A stretch of 64,000 nucleotides of DNA, taken from assembly GCA_001004265.1 (NCBI GenBank), contig LCQS01000017.1:2530-66529 (forward strand), read 5' to 3'. Numbering within the stretch: position 1 is the stretch's first letter; each line of letters begins with the position of its first letter. This stretch comes from Parcubacteria group bacterium GW2011_GWA2_51_10. Lineage in GTDB: Bacteria; Patescibacteriota; Minisyncoccia; Phycocordibacterales; UBA2100. Shown here piece after piece: positions 9,108 to 19,628 of this stretch. The notes under the pieces are model-generated. The model made no database searches and was not told the origin of the DNA. It was given only the letters and a program-made list of their open reading frames with translations. Made by a program: the position numbers and the translations under genes.

Positions 9108-9806
9108 CTATTGCGATACGCGAGAAATTTCTAGATCGAGCTGCTGCATGATTTGCGTCTCTTTTATCCCTTTTGCCATATCTCTAGCTTGAGTGTAATA
9201 GGTACGCGCATTCGGTAGATCACCCTTATCTTCGAAATATCTCGCGAGCATCGTCGTAAGGTCAATGCTGCCTCGCACATCAACCTTAGATATTCCCTCT
9301 TTTAAAATCTCGATTGCAGAATCTGTGTCTTGTTTGTAGACATAGCGATACATCTCGTGCAAATCGGAATAGTTCATCGAAAGCGATGGGTTCGCCTCTA
9401 TCGCTTTACGATAGTATCGCTCTGCCGCAGGGTAGTCCTTTTTTGTATGGAAATGGTATTCGGCGATATTGTGGAGCGATATCGCATCGGATGGATTCTT
9501 CGCGACGAGGTACTCCCAAACCTCGAGAGCGCCTTCGTAGTCGTTCACCATCTTGTAGTAGATGGCGAGATCAAGCCATGCTGCGGTATTCTCGGGATTC
9601 GTCTCTATACTCTCTTTAATCTTTGCAAGGTTCTCCGTATATACCGTGCGCGCATTCTCTGCAAAATCAGCCGGGAAAACCGTTGGTCGGTCAAGCGAAG
9701 GCGGCGCATTAGATAGAAGACCCCCCGACCGAGAAAACAAGAAGGCGCCTACGAGTAAAACGATCACAATACCGACTATCACGATAAACTGATTATTTTT
9801 TGTCAT
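9108..9806 (-). CDS. membrane-anchored tetratricopeptide repeat protein
   Basis: N-terminal TM; TPR patterns (AWLDLAIYY..YEGALEVWE, YPAAERYYRKAIEANP); start set at MTKNNQ. Confidence 0.85.
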   Translation of the reverse strand: MTKNNQFIVIVGIVIVLLVGAFLFSRSGGLLSNAPPSLDRPTVFPADFAENARTVYTENLAKIKESIETNPENTAAWLDLAIYYKMVNDYEGALEVWEYLVAKNPSDAISLHNIAEYHFHTKKDYPAAERYYRKAIEANPSLSMNYSDLHEMYRYVYKQDTDSAIEILKEGISKVDVRGSIDLTTMLARYFEDKGDLPNARTYYTQARDMAKGIKETQIMQQLDLEISRVSQ

Positions 9807-9837
9807 GTGCGAATTGTACTGGAAAAATATTTCAACG

Positions 9838-9875
9838 CAAAACCCCCCACTTTCTTTCGAAAGTGGGGGGTTCGC
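9838..9875 (-). terminator. intrinsic terminator after large surface protein gene
   Basis: aaaaccccccacttt-ctttc-gaaagtgggggg hairpin with U-tract on minus strand. Confidence 0.65.
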
Positions 9876-9977
9876 ATTCTCGTGTTGTCGCCACGAGGGT
9901 CTGCCTACGCCGAGGCCTCGGCAAGGCAAGGAGCGGTTCGGATATCAGCAATATGCTGAACCCGAACGGACCCTAGG

Positions 9978-12900
9978 TTACTTGGACAATGTCCATCCAG
10001 CCGTACCCGTTGATGGGAGGCCCGGGACCCCGTACCCGCTCGCCCAGTCGAGCTTCGCGCGAGCAAGTGCGCTCGTGGATTCGGTGGTCGTAGAGTTCGG
10101 AGACCAGATGAAGTTGTCGCCCGCCGATAGTGCATCGATTGTCGCCTCGTCGCTCATCAAAGTCGAGAGAGACGGGTAATCGCTGTCACCCACGAGCTTC
10201 GCGGTGATGAAGCCCGAGAATGTACCAGTACCGGCTGTGAGCGTAACATCCGCCACTACCTTGAAGTAGTAGGTCGTGCCATTCGGGATATCAAGGACGC
10301 TCGAAAGTTCGAACTCGTTGTCTCCCGTGGGGCCTACACCATCGGTGCCATCATAGATGAGACCGTTCGTGAAGCCAGGCACACCCTGCGACATTCCCGA
10401 ATCAGTGAAGGCGTAGACGTCGAAGTTCTCTACGGTAGTCGTGCCCGAAACCGAGCTTCCTGTTGACGAAGCGGCATTGATCGTGATCTCGCTCAATTGG
10501 ATACCGAGATCAGCTTGACCCATGTTTCCGCTTGCAGTGATGCTGAATCGCAAGAGCTCGATGTTCGTTCCGCCGACAAGTGTCGTCGAAGGCGAGTTGA
10601 GCTGTGCGATCGTCGGATACGAGCGGAACATACGCACGCCAGATACTGCCGTGTCGCTCGTAGTTGTGGAGCAAACCTGCGCACCTGACGATTGGCCGTA
10701 TGCCCTTGTCGAACAGCCGCCCGCAGAAACGGACGATTCCTGATCGTAGTCTACTTGGATTAAGACACCCGAGTCGCCTGGCTGGCCTGTGCCGATGTCG
10801 GCAAGGTCACCCTTGACGGTGAGTGTCTTGAAGCCGTTCGACGGAATGACCACTGTGCTGCCCGACGCGATTGTCGAGGTTGCGTATCGATCCGATCCGG
10901 AAAATGTCGCCGTACCGACCTGCGTCGCGCCATCCCACAGAGTGACCTGTACGAGGTCAGCCGGAGTGGAGCTGGCAGCGACATTGGACATAACGAGTCC
11001 AACGCGATCAAGCCGCATGTCCTCGTTGGTCCCATTAAAGCGAAGAACGCCGAGCGTCACATTGGATGTGCCGCCTGCTGCAATCGTGTAGGACGGACTC
11101 GAAGAGTCTTTCGCTACAGTGAGTGCGCCACCCGACTGAATCGTCATTGTGTTTCCATCAGTCAGAGCAGACGACGGAGTCGTCGGCGTAATCGTCGAGC
11201 CGGAAGCAACGCCAGTACCAGAGAAGGTAGTGTCGCCACTCGACGTGTTGAGATCCCATGCGAAGGCACCAGAGCTGGCGCTTCCTGGGACGTCACAGCG
11301 AATTCCTATGATCTTTGTTGCGCCTTTCGGTACAACGAGGTTCGTGGAGAACGTGAATGTCACGTCTTCATCAGAATCCGTAATTAAGCGGTTCACAGCT
11401 GTATCCGTGAGGCGCGTGGCGCCGTCAAACGCATTACAGTTGGTCGCAGCGCCACCGACGAGGGTCGTTACCTCATCCCAGTAGAACTTCGCCGACGTGA
11501 ATTTCACATCCTCTCCGGATGCTGTCGCGTTGAAGTTGTATTGTGCTACCAGTAAACCTGTCGCACCTGCAACCACGTTTTGCGCGGCCGGAGATGAGTT
11601 GATCGATACCGCTACCGAACCAGCGCGGACCGTCATGGTGTTACCCGTGACAGCCGACGAAAGCGTGGAGAGCGAGATCGTGTCTCCCGTCGTTGCGCCC
11701 TTAACCGTTGTCCAGTCTGTCGACGGAGTCGTCGAAGCCTGGATCGTGTCGGCGTTTGCGAAGTCGGTGCCAAGCTTACCCTTAAGGGTATAGATGTGTC
11801 TGCCGACGGGGAACGTTATAGTATCCGTGAACGTCACCTTTGAATCTGTCGCCGGTGATGCATCGCCGTCAACGGGACCTGCAACTACAACACCGTTTTC
11901 ATCAGTGAGCGTGACGCTCGTAATGTCTGCAGCGTTTGCATTGCCGCCGGTGATGCCGAAGTTGAAGATCGTCTGTTGGACAGTGATTCCTTCACCCTTG
12001 ACGTCAACTACGAATCCGCCTAAAGGCTGACCCGCCGTGTTTTCTGCAACGTTCTGTGCCGGAACTTCAGACGCGCGCGAAATGCTCGTGACTGTTCCCG
12101 TGTCAACGTTGATCACAGTACCACTGAAGAATGGGGTTCCAGAAGTGAACTCGGAGCCGTTGCCTGCAGTGCCGCTTTCGCTCTGTGTAGGCGTGATGCC
12201 GTGACCGTAGACTTCGCCTACGACGTAGAGATCTGCCGCCTTATATAGGTCGAAACGAACTGTTCGGTTCGGACCGCCGACAATGTCAATCTTCACCGTG
12301 AAGTCCTTGGTAGAACCCTTGGTGATTTCGATGCCATTGCCGGGGAATGTCGCCGAGTAGTACTTGCCGTCGGAAGAAACGACCATTGAGTAGTTCGTGC
12401 CGTCAACGACGGTTACTACATTTGCGAGATCGCCTGAAGAAACAGAGCCGCCCTGGTTCCATCGGATTGATTTGACCCAGACGTCCTCTGCGCTACCTCC
12501 TGTCGCGCGGACTTCCGCTGCGATGAAGCCGGTTGTTCCGATCGACTTACCTGACCCGGCTGTCGCAAGCGATGTCGTGTCAGGGTCCGAAGGACCGACG
12601 GCCATCGCGAGCGTACCGATCGTAAGTGTGCTGTTCATCGTGTGAGAAGCACCGACTATCGGAAGTGAGCCCGATACCGTTGCAGTCGTGTTGACTCCGA
12701 TCACAGAGAGTGACCCGACCTGACCCGCGTAAGAGTCGAGGCTAGAGTTCATATCAGCTGCGACAGTGAGCATCTTGGACTGGCCCGGTTGCAGTGTTAC
12801 TGCCGCATCGAGCGTCGCTTGATGATTGGAATTTAACGTCTTGGAACTGCCGATACGCATCGTTCCGTCGAGAAGAATGAGGCCTGAGAAGACTGCATCC

Positions 12901-13568
12901 TGCGCAAGGCCCGCGCGCTCGACTGTTACGCTATTTATCGTAACAGCAGCGGAGCTGTTGTTCGTGAGAGTGACGTTCGTGAACGGAACATTCGCTGCGT
13001 TTTCAGGAGCGAGCGAGTTTGCCGGCTGCATTCCTGCCATAATCGTGACGCTTCCCGTTACGGGAGGCGTTACGGGACCTGGGCCTGGACCTGGACCAGG
13101 ACCAGGAGCTACTGTGCACAAGGCATTCGCCTTTGCGCGAGAGCTCGGACCCCAGAAACCGGTTCCTGCCGAAAGGCCGACCGGCGTCAAGATGTCGGCA
13201 GCGTATTTGTTCTGGAACTTGACGACTGCCGCCCTCGTTAATCCGCCGAAGAACGACGTCTCATTGCCCACAGAACCTGGGCCGCTTACCGCGACCTGCG
13301 TGTCAGCGAACTTGTTTAGGAATTTCTGAACTTCCATGACTTCGCCTCCCGAGTCACTTTGTTTATGATTTCTCGTGAAGGTGAAGCATGAGCTCGAGGA
13401 CGCTCCTCCTTGGAGTGCCGCGAGTTGTGCCATCAGTGAATTGATCTGTGCCTGAAGATCGGAAACGCTCTGCGCTTTTGCCGGAGCGGCAAATGCAAAC
13501 GAGAGACCGATAACGAGGCCGAAGCCAACGAGCACTGTGGCAACATTTGTTGCTAATGCTTTACTCAT
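9978..13568 (-). CDS. large S-layer-like cell-surface protein with N-terminal peptidoglycan-binding domain
   Basis: ~1196 aa; signal peptide (APAKAQ); PG-binding motif (EVMEVQKFLN..FGGLTRAAVVKFQ); PG repeat linker; T/S/G/V-rich beta domains. Confidence 0.88.
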   Translation of the reverse strand: MSKALATNVATVLVGFGLVIGLSFAFAAPAKAQSVSDLQAQINSLMAQLAALQGGASSSSCFTFTRNHKQSDSGGEVMEVQKFLNKFADTQVAVSGPGSVGNETSFFGGLTRAAVVKFQNKYAADILTPVGLSAGTGFWGPSSRAKANALCTVAPGPGPGPGPGPVTPPVTGSVTIMAGMQPANSLAPENAANVPFTNVTLTNNSSAAVTINSVTVERAGLAQDAVFSGLILLDGTMRIGSSKTLNSNHQATLDAAVTLQPGQSKMLTVAADMNSSLDSYAGQVGSLSVIGVNTTATVSGSLPIVGASHTMNSTLTIGTLAMAVGPSDPDTTSLATAGSGKSIGTTGFIAAEVRATGGSAEDVWVKSIRWNQGGSVSSGDLANVVTVVDGTNYSMVVSSDGKYYSATFPGNGIEITKGSTKDFTVKIDIVGGPNRTVRFDLYKAADLYVVGEVYGHGITPTQSESGTAGNGSEFTSGTPFFSGTVINVDTGTVTSISRASEVPAQNVAENTAGQPLGGFVVDVKGEGITVQQTIFNFGITGGNANAADITSVTLTDENGVVVAGPVDGDASPATDSKVTFTDTITFPVGRHIYTLKGKLGTDFANADTIQASTTPSTDWTTVKGATTGDTISLSTLSSAVTGNTMTVRAGSVAVSINSSPAAQNVVAGATGLLVAQYNFNATASGEDVKFTSAKFYWDEVTTLVGGAATNCNAFDGATRLTDTAVNRLITDSDEDVTFTFSTNLVVPKGATKIIGIRCDVPGSASSGAFAWDLNTSSGDTTFSGTGVASGSTITPTTPSSALTDGNTMTIQSGGALTVAKDSSSPSYTIAAGGTSNVTLGVLRFNGTNEDMRLDRVGLVMSNVAASSTPADLVQVTLWDGATQVGTATFSGSDRYATSTIASGSTVVIPSNGFKTLTVKGDLADIGTGQPGDSGVLIQVDYDQESSVSAGGCSTRAYGQSSGAQVCSTTTSDTAVSGVRMFRSYPTIAQLNSPSTTLVGGTNIELLRFSITASGNMGQADLGIQLSEITINAASSTGSSVSGTTTVENFDVYAFTDSGMSQGVPGFTNGLIYDGTDGVGPTGDNEFELSSVLDIPNGTTYYFKVVADVTLTAGTGTFSGFITAKLVGDSDYPSLSTLMSDEATIDALSAGDNFIWSPNSTTTESTSALARAKLDWASGYGVPGLPSTGTAGWTLSK

Positions 13569-13589
13569 AGTTTTTATATTGACCTTTGT

Positions 13590-14078
13590 ATCCCTTACCA
13601 CTTTCGGATATCCAATGGATGCGAAATTGCAACCTGTTGAAAATCCTAAAGTGGTAAGGGACCGCACACGCATTCTTTCGACGAGAATGCACGTGCGTTG
13701 TGTGTCTTCTAATAATTACACCTAATAACCGAAGACAAACTAATAATTCATACTGACACGAGCGAATCTTTTTTATTCGTGCGCCAGTAATTTGCTAGCC
13801 CCTGTTACTCGCCTTAGGCAGTACAGCGGATTAGCACCAGTAAGGAATTTTGTCATGCTGTCATTCAGCCGATGCGGGACAATATACTGAAAAATTTCTG
13901 TATCGAAGATGAAGCAAGATGAAGATAAATAGTCGTGCGGACAAAAAGCCGCATTTTTTCGTTGCACTATTCAATTATCAAAGAGCTGAAAGAGTACACA
14001 CTGCACGACGCGCATGGCTGCGGCATCTTACAGAACGCCCTTCCTTTGCCGAAAGGGCATCGCCGCAATTATATACCA
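13590..14078 (-). promoter_or_regulatory. long structured 5' leader with extended -10 promoter and boxA-like motif
   Basis: TGGTATATAAT (14068-14078, minus); GCTCTTTGATAA (13975-13986, minus); several long hairpins including tcccttaccacttt/aaagtggtaaggga. Confidence 0.55.
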
Positions 14079-14308
14079 GCAGCGTCTATGCTGCTTCAAT
14101 TCGCCCTCCCCCACTTTGGGGATAACTCATGAGAAGAAAAAACGCCCAGACTGGGCTCTTTTTTCGACTCTAAGTTACCCCGAGAGAATACGCCACCGCG
14201 ACATGGCAGTCAACCCCGTCAGAATCAGGCACATTTTGGGTCTCCTCGGCAAAAGTGCCGCCTTATTGAGCCACATTGCTGGCGTCCATTGCATGCACAA
14301 TAAACGCT

Positions 14309-15100
14309 CTAGGCGAGCGAGTATTTGCTCCAACGCTTTCGACCTGTCTTCACCACGCGGCTTTTTGCAGCAAGATCGACAAGTTCCCGCTGAATCATTT
14401 TCTCGCTGTATTCGGGCAGATTTGAAGCAATATCTCTAATTCCAAATTGACCTCCGAGGCGCAATACATCTAATACTGCCCTCGCTCGCGGACTAAACTG
14501 CTCTCCCGATTCCCCTTTCAATTGGACGCCCGACTTGTCCTTTACAGTAACACTGTCCGATATGCTCCTGTCCTTTATGTCCGATATGGATTTAAGGCCT
14601 ACGCTTGCTGATCTATCAGAATGGACAATTTGTCCTTCGACAGGCATAAGGTCGTCTTTTGAAATGGTAATTCTGTCCGCGAAGCCGGACCGCTGGGAGA
14701 CATTCAAGAAATTCCCCAAATCATCGAGGGCCTCAACGATCACCTCCGCATTTTGTAATGAAACGTAACCTGCGATGGTAAATGTTCTCACTAAAGAAAT
14801 GAGGTGCCGGAGTGTCGCATGAGCTCGTCGAATTCTCGTTGATCCAGAAATGCGCATGCCATCCCTGAGGAGCAATATGTCCGACAAAAGGCGGAGTGCA
14901 ACGGCTCGGGCCATTTCTCGAACTGGTTCCCCCTGAGGAACGTGATTAGATATGAGGTGTATCGCCCCTACGATTCTTTCAGCTCTTCTATAGGCTTTCT
15001 CGCCCGAGGTATTCCGGCCAAAAGGATTCGTACGGACAACGTGAGTATCGAGAAATCGCGCTATTTCATCATGCATTTTCGTGTCTCTTACGTTGTCCAT
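14309..15100 (-). CDS. helical-bundle protein with C-terminal winged HTH (DeoR-like HTH)
   Basis: C-terminus GIRDIASNLPEYSEKMIQRELVDLAAKSRVVKTGRKRWSKYSL; helical N-terminal domain. Confidence 0.75.
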   Translation of the reverse strand: MDNVRDTKMHDEIARFLDTHVVRTNPFGRNTSGEKAYRRAERIVGAIHLISNHVPQGEPVREMARAVALRLLSDILLLRDGMRISGSTRIRRAHATLRHLISLVRTFTIAGYVSLQNAEVIVEALDDLGNFLNVSQRSGFADRITISKDDLMPVEGQIVHSDRSASVGLKSISDIKDRSISDSVTVKDKSGVQLKGESGEQFSPRARAVLDVLRLGGQFGIRDIASNLPEYSEKMIQRELVDLAAKSRVVKTGRKRWSKYSLA

Positions 15101-15266
15101 GATGTCTGTATGAATCGATGTCCATTGGAGGTCTTAACGGACAAGATATGTACATTTGAGATTATATATCGGTCAGGAAGCGACGCAACGACCTCGACTG
15201 CGTTTCTGACTTCGCCTTCTGTGACCCTTCAAAAGGTAAGAAGAGCGCACATGGTATGATGTTCGA

Positions 15267-17525
15267 GTGAAGAAAAAAAATCGCAGTAAAAAAACGAGTG
15301 GAGCAGAAAATGATGACGAGATAGCGCACGAACGTCGAGTCAGTGGTGAAGCGCTCCGTGGAGTTTCGGCAGTTTTTTTTGTAGCAACAGCGACTTTCCT
15401 CATTCTCGCGCCGTTTGATATAGCAGGAAAGGCCGGATCGCTTCTCTACACGTACCTTTCATGGTTATTGGGCGTTGGTTATTTTCTTCTACCGCTTTCG
15501 CTCGTGCTGCTTGCGGTTTTGATATTCAAATCATTTGAAAAAAGTTTTGGAGTTATACAGCTCGCGAGTATGTTCGTTTTTTTGCTCTCCGGTTTAGGTA
15601 TGATAAATCTCGCTTTTCCGGGAGACGGAGGCGTCTTGGGCGCAGCAGTTACGAAACCTATGGTCGCGACAATCGATACGGCGGCCACCGTCATCTTTCT
15701 CGTCGCATTTACGATCGCATCGCTCGTCCTTGCGTTTGACATCCATCTCGGAGCGGTCCTTGTCTCTCTCCAAGAGCGATTGCGCGGCATTCGGAAGACC
15801 GGGGATGTTTCTGACGATATCTCACTCGCCCCAGTCATCGGATTGCCTGAAGGAATTGGGATCACAGAGGATGAAAGTCTGCGCGATCAATCAGGAGAGA
15901 GCGCCGCACCATCACCCGATACAAAGGCATTGGGCACGGACAAGTTGTGGCCCAAAAAAGATAGCGGGGATGGTTTTTCTGTTATTCTCGCGACGGGAAG
16001 CGCGTACACGCCGCCGCCCCTTTCGATCTTGAGTAAGAACAGGGGGAAGCCGGAGGTAGGTGACGTGAAGGCGAACATGAATATTATCAAGCGCACGCTC
16101 CAAAATTTCGGCATCCAAGTTGAGATGGATGAGGCATCGATTGGGCCGACGGTAACGCGCTATGCCATGAAGCCTGCAGAAGGTGTTCGACTTTCGAAAA
16201 TAGTCGCACTCCAAAGCAATTTGGAGCTCGCGCTCGCCGCTTCCCCGCTGCGTATCGAGGCGCCAATACCCGGAAAATCTCTCGTGGGAGTCGAGGTGCC
16301 GAACATATCACGGACAACGCTTGGGCTTGCACCGCTCCTGTCTGATACTGCGTTCGTGCAATCGGACAAACCTCTCCTCCTATCTCTTGGGCGTTCAATT
16401 ACAGGAATGCCTCATTTTGCGGATCTCGCGCGAATGCCACACATTCTGGTGGCGGGCGCCACGGGCGCGGGTAAGTCGGTGACGATACATAATTTTATTG
16501 TCTCAATGCTCTATCGCTGCGGACCGGAGCGTTTGCGCTTCATTATGATTGATCCGAAGAGGGTTGAGCTCACCGTATATAATTCTATACCTCATCTCTT
16601 AACGCCAGTCATCACTGACGCCAAGAAAGCAATACTCGCAATCAAATGGCTCGCAAAGGAAATGGAACGCCGCTACAACATCCTCGAGACTGAAGCAGTG
16701 CGTGACATCGCTTCGTATCATCAAAACGTCGTCGCACCGGCGCTTGAGAAAGCTGCGAAAAAAGGGAGCGAGCAAGCCCTGCCGGAGGCGATGCCGTATA
16801 TCGTGGTCATTATTGACGAACTTGCCGACATGATGTCGGCATATCCGCGCGAGCTTGAAAGCGGCGTCGTGCGCCTCGCACAGATGAGCCGCGCAGTGGG
16901 CATACATCTAATACTTTCCACACAAAGGCCGTCGGTCAAGGTCATCACCGGGCTTATCAAAGCGAACATTCCGGCTCGTGTGGCGCTCCAGGTTGCCTCC
17001 CAAATCGACTCCCGCACTATTCTCGATACGGGAGGCGCCGAAAAGCTGCTCGGGGCGGGAGACACGCTCTTCCTCTCTGGAGAGATGTCGAAGCCAAGAC
17101 GCATCCAGGCACCGTTTACATCAGAGGCAGAAGTCAAGCGTGTCGTTGCTCATATCGCTGCGGGAAGCGAGGGCATTTTGCCGAGCGAAATAGATTTCAG
17201 CGAAACAAGAAACGACACGGACTCATTATTCTCTTCGATGATAGAGAGCGATGGTGACGACGATGCACTATATGGGGAAGCAAAGCAAGCCGTCGTGGAA
17301 GCGGGCAAAGCGTCAACGTCGTACTTGCAGAGAAAATTGCGTGTCGGCTACGCACGGGCTGCGCGCCTCATCGACCTTTTGGAGGAGCGCGGCGTCATCG
17401 GTCCTGGCGATGGCGCACGACCACGCGAAATAATCGGCCTGCCTGCCGGCAGGCAGGCGCTGGACAACGCGGATGAACTTGTCGCTACCGCCGAAAAAGA
17501 AGACGGGTTTGACGAGCGATTATGA
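15267..17525 (+). CDS. ftsK: DNA translocase FtsK/SpoIIIE
   Basis: N-terminal TMs; Walker A AGATGAGKS; IIDELAD; STQRPS; gamma domain ASTSYLQRKLRVGYARAARLID. Confidence 0.97.
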   Translation: MKKKNRSKKTSGAENDDEIAHERRVSGEALRGVSAVFFVATATFLILAPFDIAGKAGSLLYTYLSWLLGVGYFLLPLSLVLLAVLIFKSFEKSFGVIQLASMFVFLLSGLGMINLAFPGDGGVLGAAVTKPMVATIDTAATVIFLVAFTIASLVLAFDIHLGAVLVSLQERLRGIRKTGDVSDDISLAPVIGLPEGIGITEDESLRDQSGESAAPSPDTKALGTDKLWPKKDSGDGFSVILATGSAYTPPPLSILSKNRGKPEVGDVKANMNIIKRTLQNFGIQVEMDEASIGPTVTRYAMKPAEGVRLSKIVALQSNLELALAASPLRIEAPIPGKSLVGVEVPNISRTTLGLAPLLSDTAFVQSDKPLLLSLGRSITGMPHFADLARMPHILVAGATGAGKSVTIHNFIVSMLYRCGPERLRFIMIDPKRVELTVYNSIPHLLTPVITDAKKAILAIKWLAKEMERRYNILETEAVRDIASYHQNVVAPALEKAAKKGSEQALPEAMPYIVVIIDELADMMSAYPRELESGVVRLAQMSRAVGIHLILSTQRPSVKVITGLIKANIPARVALQVASQIDSRTILDTGGAEKLLGAGDTLFLSGEMSKPRRIQAPFTSEAEVKRVVAHIAAGSEGILPSEIDFSETRNDTDSLFSSMIESDGDDDALYGEAKQAVVEAGKASTSYLQRKLRVGYARAARLIDLLEERGVIGPGDGARPREIIGLPAGRQALDNADELVATAEKEDGFDERL
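17437..17458. repeat. 22-bp palindrome inserted in frame in ftsK
   Basis: gcctgcctgccggcaggcaggc (LPAGRQA); related copy at 49071-49092. Confidence 0.75.
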
Positions 17526-17738
17526 GTTTCACTGTATTCTATTCTTATCCCGGCAGCACTTTTGCAAAACGTGTTCAGATCGTATCAACGTACGCAAATT
17601 CGCAGGCAGCCGAGGCAGCGCGCTTCGCCCAGCAAGGTATGGCCTATTCGGCCACGCGCGCTGCATGTGATATAGCGGCAAAAGTGCAGCGGGATGTAAG
17701 ACTTTCTAAGCTCATTACATTCGCTAACAAAATCTAAC

Positions 17739-18137
17739 ATGTTACCCTACCGAGACAGCACGTTCGCGCGAATCGCATTTGGGATCTTCTTTCTCGTTGT
17801 TATTTTGTACGCATACTTCGAAGCGCGCGGATTGGTCTATGGGCCGAGAATTACAGTGCCGTCGGAGACAATGATTGTCCAGGACCCTTTTATAGAGATC
17901 ACTGGGAAAGCGGAGCGCATCGCAACGCTCGCGATGAACGGGAAAATTATCCCGGTGACGGAAGAAGGAGTCTTCGCAGAGGCCTATCTGCTCGCGCCCG
18001 GCTACAATCGTATCGCGCTTCGCGCGGAAGATAAGTATGGCAGATCGAAAGAGCGTTTCATTGAGATATTGTATGTGCCTGCCCCAATCCCAGAAGAGCT
18101 CGCCACCACAACAACTGCCGCAGTAGCGCCTGAATAG
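17739..18137 (+). CDS. membrane-anchored Ig-like domain protein
   Basis: N-terminal TM; [27 protein letters not shown] pattern. Confidence 0.75.
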   Translation: MLPYRDSTFARIAFGIFFLVVILYAYFEARGLVYGPRITVPSETMIVQDPFIEITGKAERIATLAMNGKIIPVTEEGVFAEAYLLAPGYNRIALRAEDKYGRSKERFIEILYVPAPIPEELATTTTAAVAPE

Positions 18138-18163
18138 TCCTTGGGTATACTGAAGCGAAAGAT

Positions 18164-19246
18164 ATGGTCCTGACAAAAAAAGAGAAAGCTCCGCCGAAAA
18201 CGACAGGCACGGGCAGCGATAAAGATATTGAACGGGCTATTTCAAACATCAAAACAAAGTTCGGCGACGAAGCCATCATGAAATTGGGCGATCAGCCCAA
18301 GGTGGATGTGAATGCGATTCCGACTGGTTCTGTGGGCGTTGACTGGGCGCTCGGTATCGGCGGTCTTCCGCGCGGCCGCATCATCGAGATTTTCGGTCCG
18401 GAGAGCAGCGGGAAAACCACATTGAGCCTGCATGTGATCGCGGAGGCACAGAAAAAGGGTGGAATTTGCGCTTTCATCGACGCAGAGCACGCGGTGGACC
18501 CTGAATATGCAAAAAAGATCGGTGTCGACATCGCCTCCCTTCTCATATCGCAGCCGGATACCGGAGAGCAGGCGCTGGAAATCGTCGAATCGCTCGTCAG
18601 GAGCGGGAAAATAGATGTCATCGTCATTGACTCGGTCGCCGCGCTTACGCCAAAAGATGAGATCGAAGGAGACATGGGCGCACAGCATGTCGGCAAGCAG
18701 GCGCGGCTCATGTCGCAAGCCCTCCGGAAGCTGACTGCAATAGTGTCAAAAACAAAAACGGTTGTCATTTTCATCAATCAGATACGCATGCAAATCGGCG
18801 TGATGTTCGGAAATCCGGAAACAACAACTGGAGGCAAAGCCCTTAAGTTTTACACATCTGTGCGCATCGACATACGCCGCATCGCGCAGATTAAAAAGGG
18901 CGATGAAACGATGGGCGGCCGGCATCGCGTGAAGATCGTCAAAAACAAAGTCGCCGCACCATTTCGCGCCGTCGAATTCGATCTCATGTACAACGAGGGC
19001 ATCTCAAAAGAGGGAGAAGCGCTCGCGCTCGGTGAGAAGCTCGGCCTCGTAGAGAAATCTTCCGGCGGCTCGTATTCGTACACGCCGAAAGGCGGCGAGG
19101 AAGTAAAGCTCGGCCGCGGCTATGACGCAGCGCGCACATATTTGCGCGATAACAAGAAAGTCGCAAACGAGATTTTCAAAGAAATCCGCAAGTCGCTCGC
19201 GAGCGGCGGTATTTCGGCGAAACCCGCTGCGGAAAATACAGAATAA
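18164..19246 (+). CDS. recA: recombinase RecA
   Basis: [33 protein letters not shown]. Confidence 0.99.
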   Translation: MVLTKKEKAPPKTTGTGSDKDIERAISNIKTKFGDEAIMKLGDQPKVDVNAIPTGSVGVDWALGIGGLPRGRIIEIFGPESSGKTTLSLHVIAEAQKKGGICAFIDAEHAVDPEYAKKIGVDIASLLISQPDTGEQALEIVESLVRSGKIDVIVIDSVAALTPKDEIEGDMGAQHVGKQARLMSQALRKLTAIVSKTKTVVIFINQIRMQIGVMFGNPETTTGGKALKFYTSVRIDIRRIAQIKKGDETMGGRHRVKIVKNKVAAPFRAVEFDLMYNEGISKEGEALALGEKLGLVEKSSGGSYSYTPKGGEEVKLGRGYDAARTYLRDNKKVANEIFKEIRKSLASGGISAKPAAENTE

Positions 19247-19263
19247 ATAACTCAATCAATCCG

Positions 19264-19584
19264 ATGGAAAGCCCGACATCAAGCGAGCAATTGCCAGATA
19301 CGGTTGACCTATCTGAAGACTTTCTCAGTCTTACAAATGAAGATTTCCATGTCTGCCTCCGAAAATGGCGCAAAGTGCCACTTCTCACAATTCGCATTGA
19401 TTTATCCGATATTCAAGAGCCGAAAAAATTCGTGCATCAGGCGCAACGGCTAAAAGCGTTCCTTGAGTATAAACCAGAACAGCAGCGGCGCAGCGCAACA
19501 ATCGTCGGCCGACCAGAACAGAAGCGCTGGGAAGAAAACGCCCTCGGTTCAGGCGTGACATTTGAGCCGAAAACTGCCGAGTAA
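19264..19584 (+). CDS. hypothetical protein
   Basis: 106-aa ORF tightly packed between recA and GNAT gene. Confidence 0.6.
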   Translation: MESPTSSEQLPDTVDLSEDFLSLTNEDFHVCLRKWRKVPLLTIRIDLSDIQEPKKFVHQAQRLKAFLEYKPEQQRRSATIVGRPEQKRWEENALGSGVTFEPKTAE

Positions 19585-19628
19585 TCTATTTCGTTCGAAC
19601 GTTAAATGTTCTACAATACGACTCCTCT

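Noticed and set aside
17522-17737. 71-aa ORF between ftsK and the Ig-like gene
   Set aside because: It fits the gap but has no recognisable motif or typical composition, so I could not support it as a CDS.
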